Part shown: positions 12,031 to 23,883 of the stretch, piece by piece
Layout: each line of letters starts with the position of its first letter
Position numbering within the stretch: position 1 is the first letter of the stretch
Assembly: GCF_964194025.1 (NCBI RefSeq)
Contig: NC_134479.1
Coordinates: 3,286,001-3,350,000, forward strand
Length of the DNA stretch: 64,000 bases
Reading direction: 5' to 3'
Source: Convolutriloba macropyga
Taxonomy: Eukaryota
Position numbers and translations under genes: made by a program
Notes under the pieces: generated by a model
What the model was told of the DNA's origin: nothing
Database searches by the model: none
Seen by the model: only the letters and a program-made list of their open reading frames with translations

Positions 12031-12809
12031 AATACTGAAATAATTGTCGATTAACAAGCATACAAAAACATTCTGGCCAAAGACTAGCAAAATTTGATGA
12101 AAAGAATACCATGTTCTTTAACGAACACAACTCACAATCAGTATCAATCAGGTCAAAGATTACCGAATACACGAGAAACTAAGCGGAACCATAAAAAGAC
12201 CCCAATTGGTATTGAACAATGAAGAACGCAAAGTGCTAAAAAAATCGTTCCACAGGGTAAAATGGCAAAATCAGCTCAAAATATCACCCAAAACTATATT
12301 ATTTGCATCGTAATCCAAAAATATTGCTAACTTAGCCGAAATTTTGCACACTCACTTTTCTAGCTCTTTTAGAATACTGCATGCACAAAAACCCTACTCT
12401 CTTTTGCTCTGATTTTCACGTCTATTCAGCAGATTGGCCTGAACACTTGTTTTCTTGTGCGGCATTTGACTTTGCATACTGTGAAAAGAGAAGAAACCGA
12501 TTTAAAAATAGATCACCATAACTCCTCGTCGAGTCGTAAAAAAGACAGCGCCCCAATACAATTCAAATTTTACGAATTGAAAAAATAGGAGCGCTATAAT
12601 AGCCGCCTTAGAAGATTAGGCGGGTTATTAATTAAAATTAAAACTTTATTCCCGATGGGAAGGAAGAAAACACCAAAATCTGCTCAATGGACTTTCAAAT
12701 CGCCCAACTCTATGAACAACGGTCCAATTTTGTGGGAAAAAAATCCAGGCTCTAATTACCCCTCCTTTAAAGGGTTTGGAATTATTATTTACGGAATGAT
12801 GATACATAC

Positions 12810-12963
12810 AGACTGACAGGCTAATGCCACGTAGAGATCTCCGATAGAGAGGACAGCGTGAGGGATGTTGACGACTCCGATACCAAGGGCAGCATTGCAC
12901 ACTATGAATATTGCACCGAGTAGGGAAGTGTTGCCCCCTATCAGCCAAGTGTCATTGTAGGAT
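12810..12963 (-). CDS. SLC38A7: SLC38A7/A8-like transporter, coding exon 2 (TM1)
   Basis: Acceptor ttcag|A and donor TCT|gtatgt. Encodes GAIFIVCNAALGIGVVNIPHA, which resembles SLC38A7 TM1 ([21 protein letters not shown]). Confidence 0.9.
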
Positions 12964-13927
12964 CTGAAGCAACACAGACCACAAAATAAGTCCAAAAGTT
13001 AACAAAACAATTCTACTACATGGCTGTTGTTCAACGCTGGATCGCAGTAGAGATACAGCATAGAGTACAGTAAGCATAATGCTTCAAAATAATAATTAAA
13101 TTATTTCAAGCAGAGCAGCTTTAAATTTACTTGTTCAAATGCATTCCCTGTGTTAACTCCAAGCGAACACAACGATATCCGTTCTCAAGTGTCTCGTTCA
13201 ATTTAGGTTGTTGGCAAATCAAATTGAGTTGTCGACACAACCAAATGACATGCAAACACAATCACTGATTAGACATGGTCGTATATACGTCGACAACTTG
13301 ACTATTCTACTCTGTTGAAGTATAAACAGAAAAGACTTAAGATTTGATTCGCGTTTACGGATAATAAGTAATTTGATGATCTTGAAACACAAAAAATCAC
13401 GAAAATTTGTGGATTCTACACGTCTTGTATTACACAATCAACCCCTGTGAGTGAAGGCATCATTGAGTTGAATTGATATTGTCTTGTATCAAGCATAATT
13501 TCAGTATAGTCCGATAATCATATCAATCAACATTGACAGATCAGTTCAGTAATCAGACATATCAAAACATAGACTTTTTAATCTCTGGAAAAGAACCCAT
13601 CGGAGCAAGCGCATACCAGTTTCAAATATCAGAGACATTTGGTTACTAGGCGTTTGAAAACAGTGCAAACAATTTTTCAATGAATTACTAACAAGTAAAG
13701 AACAATGGAGTTTCATCAAGAAAAAAATTGATGGCCAAGAAATGGAGTGTCTCGTTATAGACAAACTAGTCAATGGTGAAAGAGTCAATGGTGAAAGAGA
13801 AGTAGAAATTGAACTTGATATTGCAAATAGTCTCAGAAGTTTTCAAAAATTAGGCTTATACAAAGGACAAAATGTGAGCGCTCCAAATAATTCCCGCATA
13901 GAAGTTTTGCTTCAGAACAGTCACACT

Positions 13928-14079
13928 AGTGGTATGAAATAGGGGGTCTGCCGCACACTTTTGACACATTTCAAAAATTTCAATAATTTGCCCGCGTGGG
14001 TTCGAATCCGGGTCGGAAAAAAGTTTTGGGAGAAATGTGTCAAAAAGTGTGCGGCAAACCCCCCCTATTTCTTACTACT
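13928..14079. mobile_element. 152-bp MITE with AGT(A/G)GT termini and CACACT TSD (copy 1)
   Basis: ~45-bp TIRs, CACACT at 13922-13927 and 14080-14085, and central GGGTTCGAATCC. Confidence 0.85.
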
Positions 14080-14243
14080 CACACTAAAGGAACTCTTAAG
14101 GAACTAACGGAACTCACTTAACAACAATAATTCTCAAAAATTAGGCTTATACAATATTTCAAAAATTAGGTTTATACGAAGGACAAAATGTGAGCGCTCC
14201 AAATATTTCTCGCATAGAAATTTTGCTTCAGAACAGTCACACT

Positions 14244-14396
14244 AGTAGTAAGAAATAGGGGGGTCTGCGCACACTTTTTGACACATTTCAAAAATTTCAA
14301 TGATTTGCCCGCGTGGGTTCGAATCCGGGTCGGAAAAAAAGTTTTGGGAGAAATGTGTCAAAAAGTGTGCGGCAGACCCCCCTATTTCTTAAAACT
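14244..14396. mobile_element. Second copy of the same MITE, duplicated together with flanking LINE DNA
   Basis: AGTAGTAAGAAATAGGGGGG TIR, the same CACACT flanks and the same ~85-bp left flank. Confidence 0.85.
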
Positions 14397-15034
14397 CACA
14401 CTAAAGGAACTCTATGATGCCATTGATTCACTTGACAACAATAAGTCTCCGGGTCCAGGCATTTTTAATGCTTGGGCACATAGTTGGGCTGAGCATGCAA
14501 ACATACAAAAAACCACGTGTCATACATTTATCTATATGACTTGAAAAATTAAAGGGGGTTTTGCTCTTAAGCCGCGTGGGACAATCCAATGGATGAGTAG
14601 TGATCCCCCACTATGAAACATCACTGCATCGCATATAATTTTAAAAACAAGGCACTATAGCTCTTTTAGAGCTGCGTCATGAGAAAAATAAACATAGACA
14701 TCACTGCATCGTATATAATTTTTAAGACAAAAAAACTAACTCTTTTAGAGCTGCGTCAAAAGAAGTAAATTTCTAGTCTCCCCTCCCACACTATGGCGCT
14801 GCAAGAACTATCAATGTCGGTCGGCCGTTTGGAACCACGGCACCCTCTGAGGCATATGATAGCGCTGCGCAGAAGAGCAAAATTGATTCTCGTGAGCATG
14901 TACGTTATTGCGTCCGACTATGATTTGTCTTTCTTATCGGCAATTTTGCTAGCTAGTTGTTTTATAGTGCGCGTTGCGGACGGTCCTGCGTCCCCATGCA
15001 GGAAAACACGAGCGGAACGAGTGGGTTAAAGATC

Positions 15035-15158
15035 GTGTCTTTCTCATTATACCCCCCCATGAGAATATTGCCCCCATTATGGTATATTTACCATGATTGG
15101 GGGGCTATAGGTTATCTGACCACTAAGCTGGGGGAGGGGGCTATAATGGGAAAGACCC
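15035..15158. mobile_element. 124-bp MITE (empty version of 8986-10127)
   Basis: TIRs GTGTCTTTCTCATTA / TAATGGGAAAGACCC and 8-bp TSD TAAAGATC at 15027-15034 and 15159-15166. Confidence 0.85.
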
Positions 15159-15370
15159 TAAAGATCTTCACGTCAAAGCACAAATATAGTGTGTCGAAGC
15201 ACTAATATAGTGTGCATCTTGGCATAGTGAAAAAAACAGGTAGAAGAAAGATGGAGTATGATGACAATGTCGAGGCTTTGGGATATGATTGTAATTGATT
15301 TGAACATAAACCATGACCACGACTCTTTGGATCTGAAGGATTCGTAAACTTTGAAAATATTTCTACACAC

Positions 15371-15561
15371 CTTTGTAAATTGGACAAGCCAGTGAATAAT
15401 CCAATTGATCCTCCGAATATCTCAGACTCATCATGGTACTCCTCCTTGACAACCGTAGAATTGGAGGAACTGTCACTTACACTTAGTCTCTCATCGTCAT
15501 CAGTGTGAGAGTACTCGTACCCATCATTCGAAACTGCTCCTCTCCATTCTCCACTGCTCAT
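15371..15561 (-). CDS. SLC38A7: SLC38A7/A8-like amino acid transporter, coding exon 1 (acidic cytosolic N-terminus)
   Basis: ATG at 15561 (aacATGa) reads MSSGEW...LSNLQ. The exon ends CAAAG|gtgtgt (phase 2), matching the phase-2 acceptor of the next exon. The start codon choice is inferred. Confidence 0.7.
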
Positions 15562-15589
15562 GTTAAAATTACTGATCACTGTTTCTGCC

Positions 15590-15619
15590 TCAATGGCCTC
15601 TAATTTTGGCGACTGCCAT
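15590..15619 (-). promoter_or_regulatory. Candidate upstream ORF (MAVAKIRGH*) in the transporter 5' leader
   Basis: gccATGg context at 15619 with TGA at 15592-15590, 28 nt before the main ATG and in a different frame. Confidence 0.4.
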
Positions 15620-16084
15620 GGCTCTACTAAAAATATACAATTTAGACAAATTTTAGGAGATTTAGGCAGGACTTGTATAGTAGCCCCCATGCGCAATATA
15701 TTATATCTTTAATGAGTTGAGCTTGTTACCAAAGAAACACAACTTACGTTGGTCCGTACCAAATATCGGTTTTATCACCGTGCTAAATTAGCCCAGTCAA
15801 TACTGATAGTCAGGTTTGTCAATATTGCTCGAGGCTCGAGCTTTGTTTTATCAAATGTCTACTTCACTTTCCCGACACCTATCATTATTGTGTCAGCCAT
15901 AAATCAGGTAATGAAATAGCATCTGAACTACATAATTGACTTTGAAGCCATTTTTAGAGCTTTTATTTTTTAAACGTTCCACTCACACTGCCCTCCTCTT
16001 AGTAAGAATAGAGTGTACCACTCAACAGTATTCCATCACTAAATTCAGTCATAACTCTTTTCAAATCAATTTCTTAATGACTTT

Positions 16085-16531
16085 TCATGTTTCTCGGGTT
16101 CTTTCTGTCCAAAAATATTGTACGCTTCTCGTGCTTAATCGTTGCCCAAAAATCTGGTATGCACGATTGATGGTTTTGAGGAATTCTTCATCTCGACCAG
16201 CATCGGGATGCGTCAAGAGGCTCATTTTGCTGAAACGTTTTTTGATTTGCTCTGTTCGCAGAACTCTTCCCGACAAGATCTCGAACATCGTAGCAGGCCA
16301 ATTATTCATAAACTTGCTTCGAAGCTCGAAGAGACTTTTCTCGAAGGCCTGTCTTGGCTTTCAATGTCTATCAGTAACGGTGTCCTTTTTCCGGCACTCA
16401 TTGGCCAAGTACTGATTGTAATTTTCCAGTTGAAGTTGTCCTTCTTTTGGCCAAGTACTGATTGTAATTTTCCAGTCGCAAGTTGTCCTTCTTTTTTCCA
16501 GTTTGTCGGCTGCTTCTCTTTGTTGCTGCAT
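16085..16531 (-). pseudogene. Intronless J-domain (DnaJ-like) pseudogene
   Basis: IKKRFSKMSLLTHPDAGRDEEFLKTINRAYQI, then after a 1-nt frameshift GND*AREAYNIFG (J-domain helix IV). ATG at 16531 with an in-frame TGA at 16363-16361. Confidence 0.75.
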
Positions 16532-17749
16532 TGCCTTTGAAATCGGTCAGCTATTGTTTCAAGGAGTTATTCAATTACTCCTGTTAGGCGTTTCTGGCTG
16601 ACCCTGCCTTTATATGTAAAGGAAACCAATTTGTCAAATTAAAATTACTTCCAATATTTAAAACAAACGTTTTCGAACTTTACGTTCATCGTCAGGTTAA
16701 AACTGTTTTAGAAATTGTTAAAAGATAAAATGAATATGTATTTACATTTGTCTGAGACGACAATTAAAACAATTCTAGGAACTATTCTACAAAATCAATC
16801 GAAAATTTTTCCCTATATACAATATTTAGCCTATTTACATCTCATATTTACATCTGTTATCAATTTATTTAAAAACATTCCTATTCCGGATTTTTCGATT
16901 TTGGCAATGTTCTTGTATTTTTAGGGTTATTCCGAATTTGCGGAGGTTTTTCAAATTTCGTTTTGCACAAAATGTTTTGTCTGCCTTTAGATTGCCTCTA
17001 AGCGCCTCACAATCGGAGCTCAATTTATCCATTTCCCCCCTTTGTTGCCTCTCAGGCTTTATCGCAACGGCCGTCAATTTTTCTCCCGGCTATTTTTCTT
17101 GAACTAAAAAGTTTGTGCACTTCAATTTCTCTAATAACACACCGGCTTTGAGATTCCCCTTCAGCCTCTAATGCACGGGACCAAAGAATTGCAGGTGCAA
17201 GCACTTTTATGGTAGAGACCTTCCGATTCCGATATAGACAAGATCAAATTCGGTATACTCACAGGGAAACCTCGGATATAAATCTCGGATATATAGACAA
17301 GATTCAATTCGGTATATTCACAGGAATTCTCGGATATAAATTTGCAAACTGTAGGGATCATGCAAAAATTGACCCTCAATAAACAGCTAAACATGGCCCC
17401 ACACCCTCAATGAGCGGGTCAACCTCGGAACCATATGACCGTTGGTGCAAAATTCAAGACGAACAAATATAAACTCCACGGAAAACTTACAATGGAACAG
17501 TTCACTGCAAACCGACTGTACGCTCTTTAGCAATAGCAAAAATAAAGTTAGCTTCAAAATAGCAGATTTTAAGAACATCATTGTCATTAAGACGTGCTTG
17601 AAGATGGGCTTCAGACTGAATGCGCTATGTTTTGCACATGCCGCATTTGATAATGCCGCATTTATTTCTCGCAAAATCCAAGTGAAAATGATGCTTCAAA
17701 AACAAAAACCTTGTCTAGAAGGCGCCATCTGTGTATCAGGTGCCAATTC

Positions 17750-19737
17750 GACAACCTGTTTGTTGAGGCCAAGGTAATTCAGGAACGTTTAGTGAAAATA
17801 AAAAGAAAACGAGAAATGGATGAATTCAAAGCCTTTGACAAACAAATGGAGTCTGGTAAGCTATTGAATGCTTTATGACGTCTTTCAGACGATAGAAACG
17901 GCGGTGTGCTATCAACATCTGATTAAGTGGTTATCAAAGAAAAAAAGTGCACCGTACTTGATCTTCTACAAGAAAAGCACCCATATTGTCAGAAAGCCGA
18001 TCTTAAATACGTAGAAACGAATCTGAGAAATCGGGATTTGCCTTTCCATTTTTGAAAATTAATAGTTCTAAAAAAACTCGCTGCAATAAAAACAAAGGGC
18101 GGCCATAGCCCATCCGGTCTTGATGCAGGCAACTGGAGACGACTTTTGACATCATACAACTCCTCCTCAATCGATCCCTGCAGAACAGTGTCCAAACTTA
18201 CAATCAGAGTTGTCATCGAAAAACAACGACATGCTTGCAGATCAAAATTTGATTCATAAATGGTATCCAAATGACAAAAAGACGGTAATGTGGCCGTTAG
18301 CCGTGGATCACTACAAATCGTGCTCGAGAAAATCGATGAAAATGGCTGTGCTTTTGTTTATAATGTGATCAAATGTCATCTCATTACAAAAACTGAGTTT
18401 GTTCAGAAGGCCAACAAAGTGTTTTATGATTAGATGTTGATGTTATTGAAGGTCATTGGGTTCTGGGTTCAGTTATTTCTTCTGATAAAAGTTGAAAAAA
18501 AGTCTATGAAATACTCTAACACTCTTGAGAAGCTGGCCAAACATAGTATGGTGCCCCCTTCAGAATGTGTGCAAATCTTTTACAAAGAGATTGCTACATA
18601 AATTGACATTTATTGCTAGGACTACTCCAAACTCGGGCAGTCTGCTGAGGGATGCCAAAAAAGTTGATAAAAAGTCGTATATCTTCAATGTTGAACCATC
18701 CCTCTTACAATAACAGATACTTGAAGGTTTTCTCTCTTCCGTTAAAGACAAGACGGTGGCCTAAGCATTCTTCTCCCTGCAGACTGGGCAAACGCATATA
18801 AAAGATCTATTTGGATTTGTGAGCCATTACACATTCATAACAATATAGATGCATCAGGAAAAAAATCGTTCAGAAAATCAGAAAAGAAGAACAAGAAGAA
18901 GCTCGAGCAAAAACGTTGGCAATCAGAGCTCTCATCAAAAAGAGGCAATTTCTCTAGATTTGGCAACAGAAAAATCAATATCATGCTGGCTAAACTCACG
19001 TCCATAGACAAAATATCATTTTGATTTCTTCAAGGGAGAGTTTAGAGATGGAATTGATCTTCGATATGGATGAGATCACAACAATTATTATCAACTTGCG
19101 CATGTGGAAAATTTTAATGTAGCGCATGCTCTACATTGTTCAAAAGGTGGCTATACGCACATAAGACACGATGACATTGGTGACTTTTTTCCCAACCTGC
19201 TCAATGAGGTCTGTGATGATGTCGAAGTAGATGCTTGTCTTCAGACGATGCAAGGAGAAACCTTCGCAAATAGAAATACCACTACTGATGACAACGCTCG
19301 ACTAGATATCAAAGCTAATGGCTTCTTTGATTCACGTTTCAGTAGAAAGTTCTTTGATGTAAAAGTGTTTAGTCCATATGCGAAGAGTGACGGAAGAAGC
19401 ATAGCGGATTCCTCTAAATACCACGAGTCCATCGAGAAGCTGAAATACGATCAAAAGAAATGGAAGTTGAAAAAAGCCACCTTCTGTCCCTTAATCTTCT
19501 CGTTTACAGGAGGATCTGGTCTGTCAGCATCAAAGGCCATACAGAGATTGGCTTCCAGGGTCAGCGACAAGAAGAAGATTCATATTTGGACGTGATCACG
19601 TACATAAGGACGAAAACATTTTTGCTCTTTTGCGTAGCTCCATACTCTGCCTCTGTGGCGCACGCTCCATGAGCTGGCTCCCTGCAGTAGAAACGTCAAT
19701 AGGGAGCATTGTAGCGGAAGGGAGGCTGATATGCTAA
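17750..19737 (+). mobile_element. Degenerate CRE-clade-like non-LTR retrotransposon (RT remnants and restriction-like endonuclease)
   Basis: PSGLDAGNWRRLL, Cys/His knuckle C...HALHCSKGG, RHD, ARLDI and FFDVKV. Many stops, frameshifts and apparent deletions. Confidence 0.8.
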
Positions 19738-22496
19738 AGGTTTTAAATTTTTTCTAATCTTGATTCAATATCACTACACATTGTACTTAGGGTGCTATTT
19801 ACCATATCCATTTTGATTATAATTCTGATGCTTTAATTTCTCTATCTTTTGCATCTGATGCTTAAATTTTTGACTACTGCCAGGATTTGTAAACACACCT
19901 AGGAGTCAATTCGCTGCCCCCCAATTTGACCGACTACACTTTTAGGGGAGGGGCTTTCTCCAAATTCACCACTTTTTTATTCTTGAAATCCAGACAGTTT
20001 TTTATTTTGGTCTTGAACTCAAGTTATTCTTTGTTTTGTCTCGAGCTCCAGTTTTTTTGGGCACCAACTCATTTTTTTGTCTTGAAATCAAGATATTTCA
20101 TTTATTTGTTTGGTCTCAAATTCGAGACATTTCCAACTCTTAATTTTTCGAACTTGAGAGCTATCCATTTCTTTAACCACTAGACTCTATAATCTTTAAA
20201 GACTCTTTGTCTCTAAGGGTTTTCTTTTAATCTCAACGTTCACTAATTACTTCGAGCAAAAGATTATACTTTCGTGTTCAGATTTTTGGGTCGAGATCCC
20301 GAAAATTTGTTGCCAAGAAGTTCCATTAAAGACTAAATCTAAAAAGATTAATTCTATAGGAAATTTTTAAAAAAAATTGCTTTGTGATGTAAACTGTTAA
20401 GAGCTAAACAGCAATATATTTTGCTTTTAGCCAAAAGTATAAGGTTTCGGTCTTTGAGTTCCAAAAAAATTTTATTTCATTTACAGGAACAATTTCTTTC
20501 TGGAACTGGTTGTTCCATGTATAAAATTTTCATAACTGTTTTCCCATCGAAATATCGGAATGCTTCTCAAAAGTTATTTTTTTATGAACTCTGAATTTAT
20601 AGCGTCTCTTTGCATATGCAACATATGGCGACAAATTAAAGTTTAGTATATAGTTTGGAATATAAACTGATGTAACCTCTAATTGGTTGCAATGAAGGTG
20701 TGTAACAGCTATATTTCAACATTGCATACTCAAGGCACGGCTGACTTTTTCAATTCTTCTCTTTAAAAATAAGTTTTTGAACCATCAACAGTTTGTCAAA
20801 TTTATTTGACGTTCTCATATACTTCTCTATACTCTACACTCAAAGAAGTTCTCGTCAGTATTTATATGATATGGCTGAATTGATTACCATAAAACATTTT
20901 TTTTCTAAACCACCTGGTTGGTTCCAAGATTCAAGGAGGAGCCCAGATTGCCACCCGGGTTGAGGTGTCATCGCTAAGAATCAATAGAAAATGTAAATAT
21001 TGCGGTGAATGCGGTAAAAAATATATAAGATTTGCGACTTTGAGCGTTCAATGGAGAAAACAAAATCAGCGCTAAGAATGAAAAAACTTTGCTGCTAAAT
21101 TTTAAAAAGATGTAAGAACAGCCGTGCAATTGTTCGGAGTGGAGAACAAAATTCATCGCAAAACATTTACAGCTAAATTTATTAAATATACTCACCCCAG
21201 AAAATACTGCAAAAACATTTAAGATCAGCGGTGAATTCGTTGAGAGCGGCGAAGAAAAAAAATTCACGCGAAAAACTGCAAACCGTGCAAAAATTCATCG
21301 TTACATTAGCACTCTTTTCTATTAACTGAAATATTTATTAAGCAATATCGGTAATGTGCATTTGTACACAATGTTCCAAAACACTCAACCAATTTTTTGA
21401 CCCAATTGTCCAGGAAGCGATAGAAAACTTACCAAGAACCCCTTGTTGATCGAAAACAATTTGTTTACCCCTTTATGCTCAAACCACTATACGAATTAAA
21501 CAATAACCCTTTATAGAGGCCGATGCTAATGACTATGTCCTCACTATGGGCGTCTTGCGTTGATTGTGATATTCTATTTGCCATTTGGTACTTTAACAAA
21601 AAAAAAAGAAAACTTAGTTTTTGAGATGCAGTTTTCATTGCAGAACTATGTGTTCTTAAATATAGAGTTAGACCCGATCAAAAACTGAAACGACTACTTT
21701 CAGACGAAATTGAACATTGCAACGACAACCTTCAGAAATAGTCAAAATGGAAATGTGCACTGAATATAAAAAGAAAAGCTTTAATGGCATCAAACAATTT
21801 GGCCTCAAGAATGTCGGTTCCAACGCTACTTCCAACTCCAAGCATGATACGAATGCTTCGAATGTGAAGTCTATGTTACTAACCTTACGCGGGGTGAGGT
21901 CGTGGAATAATGACTCGACAGAACGTCGTCGGGGGGGGGGGGGGGTGGGTGGGGGTGTCATTCCGAGTCCTTAAATAGCAACTGAGCTATTACCCTCGTT
22001 TTTATTTTATTTATTTTTGTGTTATCTTGACACCCAATCTTATAATATTTCTGTTTATTTCACAAATAGCAAGCTATTGCGTGCTTATTATTTAGCCCCC
22101 TCCCCCCACCTTGGTGAGCTTAGGCCCTCACCTTGGGTGAGGGCCGTAAAAACACGGGGGGGGGGGGGGGGGGGGTACAAAACAGAATAGATCCGCTTAA
22201 TCGATCCCATTTGATTAAGATTCACGTAGGAGTTAGAACTAGAAGCTAAATATTCAATCGTTTATTGTTATTTAGAGTCGAACTTGTTTTAACTTGTTTT
22301 TATGTTTACGAACTTGTTTTTATGTTGAACTTGCGTTAACGAGGAACCAAACTGTATCTACAATCTAAGTTTGGTTTTTTATTCAAGGAGCACGTGCCAT
22401 ATTTTTACATATTGATTTAATATGTAATGGCACGTTCTCAGTAACTGGGGGGGGGGGGCACAAACGGAAAAGATCCGCTAGATCTAATCAAAACTT

Positions 22497-22660
22497 GCAG
22501 TTCAGATAAAATCCAAACTCTCAACGACTAAGTTCAGTTAAAATCCATATTCTCAACGACTAAGTTCAGTTAAAATCCAAATTCTCAACGACTAAGTTCA
22601 GATAAAATCCAAATTCTCAACGACTAAGTTCAGATAAAATCCAAATTCTCAACGACTAAG
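22497..22660 (+). repeat. 30-bp minisatellite, ~5 copies
   Basis: AAAATCCAAATTCTCAACGACTAAGTTCAG(A/T)T-type unit repeated in tandem. Confidence 0.9.
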
Positions 22661-22725
22661 TGCCTAAATAATCGAAGAGGACATCTTCAATGACTATAAA
22701 AAGCAATACGCATCAAAAAGAAACT

Positions 22726-22813
22726 TGCGGAAAGTGCGATTCGAACACACTGCGTGCTACGTAGTGCTTGCATAGTGCCAGTCACCTGCCTTACCAACTG
22801 CGCTAACCCCCCC
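22726..22813 (-). repeat. tRNA-like A/B-box cassette
   Basis: Minus strand reads GGGGTTAGCGCAGTTGGTAAGGC...GTGTTCGAATCGCAC. A paralog lies at ~26215-26291. Confidence 0.55.
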
Positions 22814-23053
22814 AGTTTTATTCTATGTATTGTTTTTTCTTATTTTGATGCTAGGCTGACATCCAATGTCCTATAGTTCTGTGCTAGAATATGTTCTCAT
22901 TTTGCATATTCGATTTTCAATTTATTCAAATTGCAGTCGTTGAGAAATTTTGGCTTGGCTTGAGAGCCACGTAGCAGTTAGTAGTAAGTCATCCCAACCC
23001 TACTGATGAGCGGATTCAAATCTTGTAAGATTATATACTTTAAACTGGACGTT

Positions 23054-23883
23054 CCCGGGACGAGGAAAAATCGGAAAAATATGAAATATAAGCGGTGAAA
23101 AGTTGTTTTTTTCGCCGCAAATTTTGTACTTAATTTGGCGTTGAAATGCTGTAAATGCGGTGAAATTATGTAAGTTCACCGCTTGAGTAAGCGTGAACTT
23201 TCAAAAATGTACCACATTTCCCCTCTTACTACAAGTTTCCGTCCTTGCACGGATTCGAACCTCTCACCTCTTGCATGACCGCCACTTCTTCTTCCACTGC
23301 GCCACTTCTCACTAAATTGTTGCATATTTGTTTTGAAAATTAATCAAACTCACTCTACTTTTTGTAAAACATACGTGTTTTACTTTTGTAAGATTAGAAA
23401 AGAAATTACAAATTTTAGCAATGAAATGTGGTGACTTTTTGTAAGTTGACCGATTAATCTAGTAGTGAAATCACATAAATTTACCGCTTAAAAAAGTTTT
23501 AAAAAGATGTATGATTATTCGTGGGTAAATATTCCGTACGTCTTGCAATAAAAGACAATTCGAAGCGTTTTTTAAGCGGTGAGTTTATGAAATTTCACAA
23601 CTAAGTTAAGCGGTGAATTTATGTAATTTCATTGCACTCGCCGCTTATCTTACATAATTTGGACACGTTTTTAAAAGCGGTGAATTTATGTAAATTCACC
23701 GCTAAATTCAGCGATGAAATTTTGTAATTTCACTGCTACCAGGCGATAAAGTTTTTTTTTACCGCATTAACCGCCTGATTTATGTAATTTGACTGCATTC
23801 ACCGCTTATCTCACAATATTTTCCGCATATACCGCTTATCTTAAATAATTTTGCGTTGAATGGTGGTGACACCTAGACCTGGG
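23054..23883. mobile_element. Non-autonomous TIR element (CCCGGGTCGAGG family) with GCGGTGAA subterminal repeats
   Basis: Ends CCCGGGACGAGG / CCTAGACCTGGG, many GCGGTGAA/TTCACCGC motifs, and a tRNA-like cassette at ~23240-23312 (-). Confidence 0.75.

Larger units (their letters stand above)
8787..12633 (-). mobile_element. Helentron-like element expanded by nested insertions and internal duplications
   Basis: Ends GCCGGAAAATAGCCGCC and GGAGCGCTATAATAGCCGCC...GGCGGGTTATT. Homologous to 3150-4632, with internal AAAAACTAGA-initiated repeats near 10418, 10566 and 10964. Confidence 0.55.
13290..14480 (+). mobile_element. Degenerate LINE ORF2 fragment (region before the RT), with MITE insertion and local duplication
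   Basis: KELYDAIDSLDNNKSPGPG is the LINE pre-RT KSPGPD motif. Multiple stops. Confidence 0.7.

Noticed and set aside
15562-15696. N-terminal extension of the 164-aa ORF (MRMGAT...)
   Set aside because: It crosses a pyrimidine-rich acceptor-like site and shows no family similarity, so it was treated as leader or intron.
15936-16540. Plus-strand ORFs of 159 and 132 aa
   Set aside because: Antisense shadows of the J-domain relic with no recognisable motifs.
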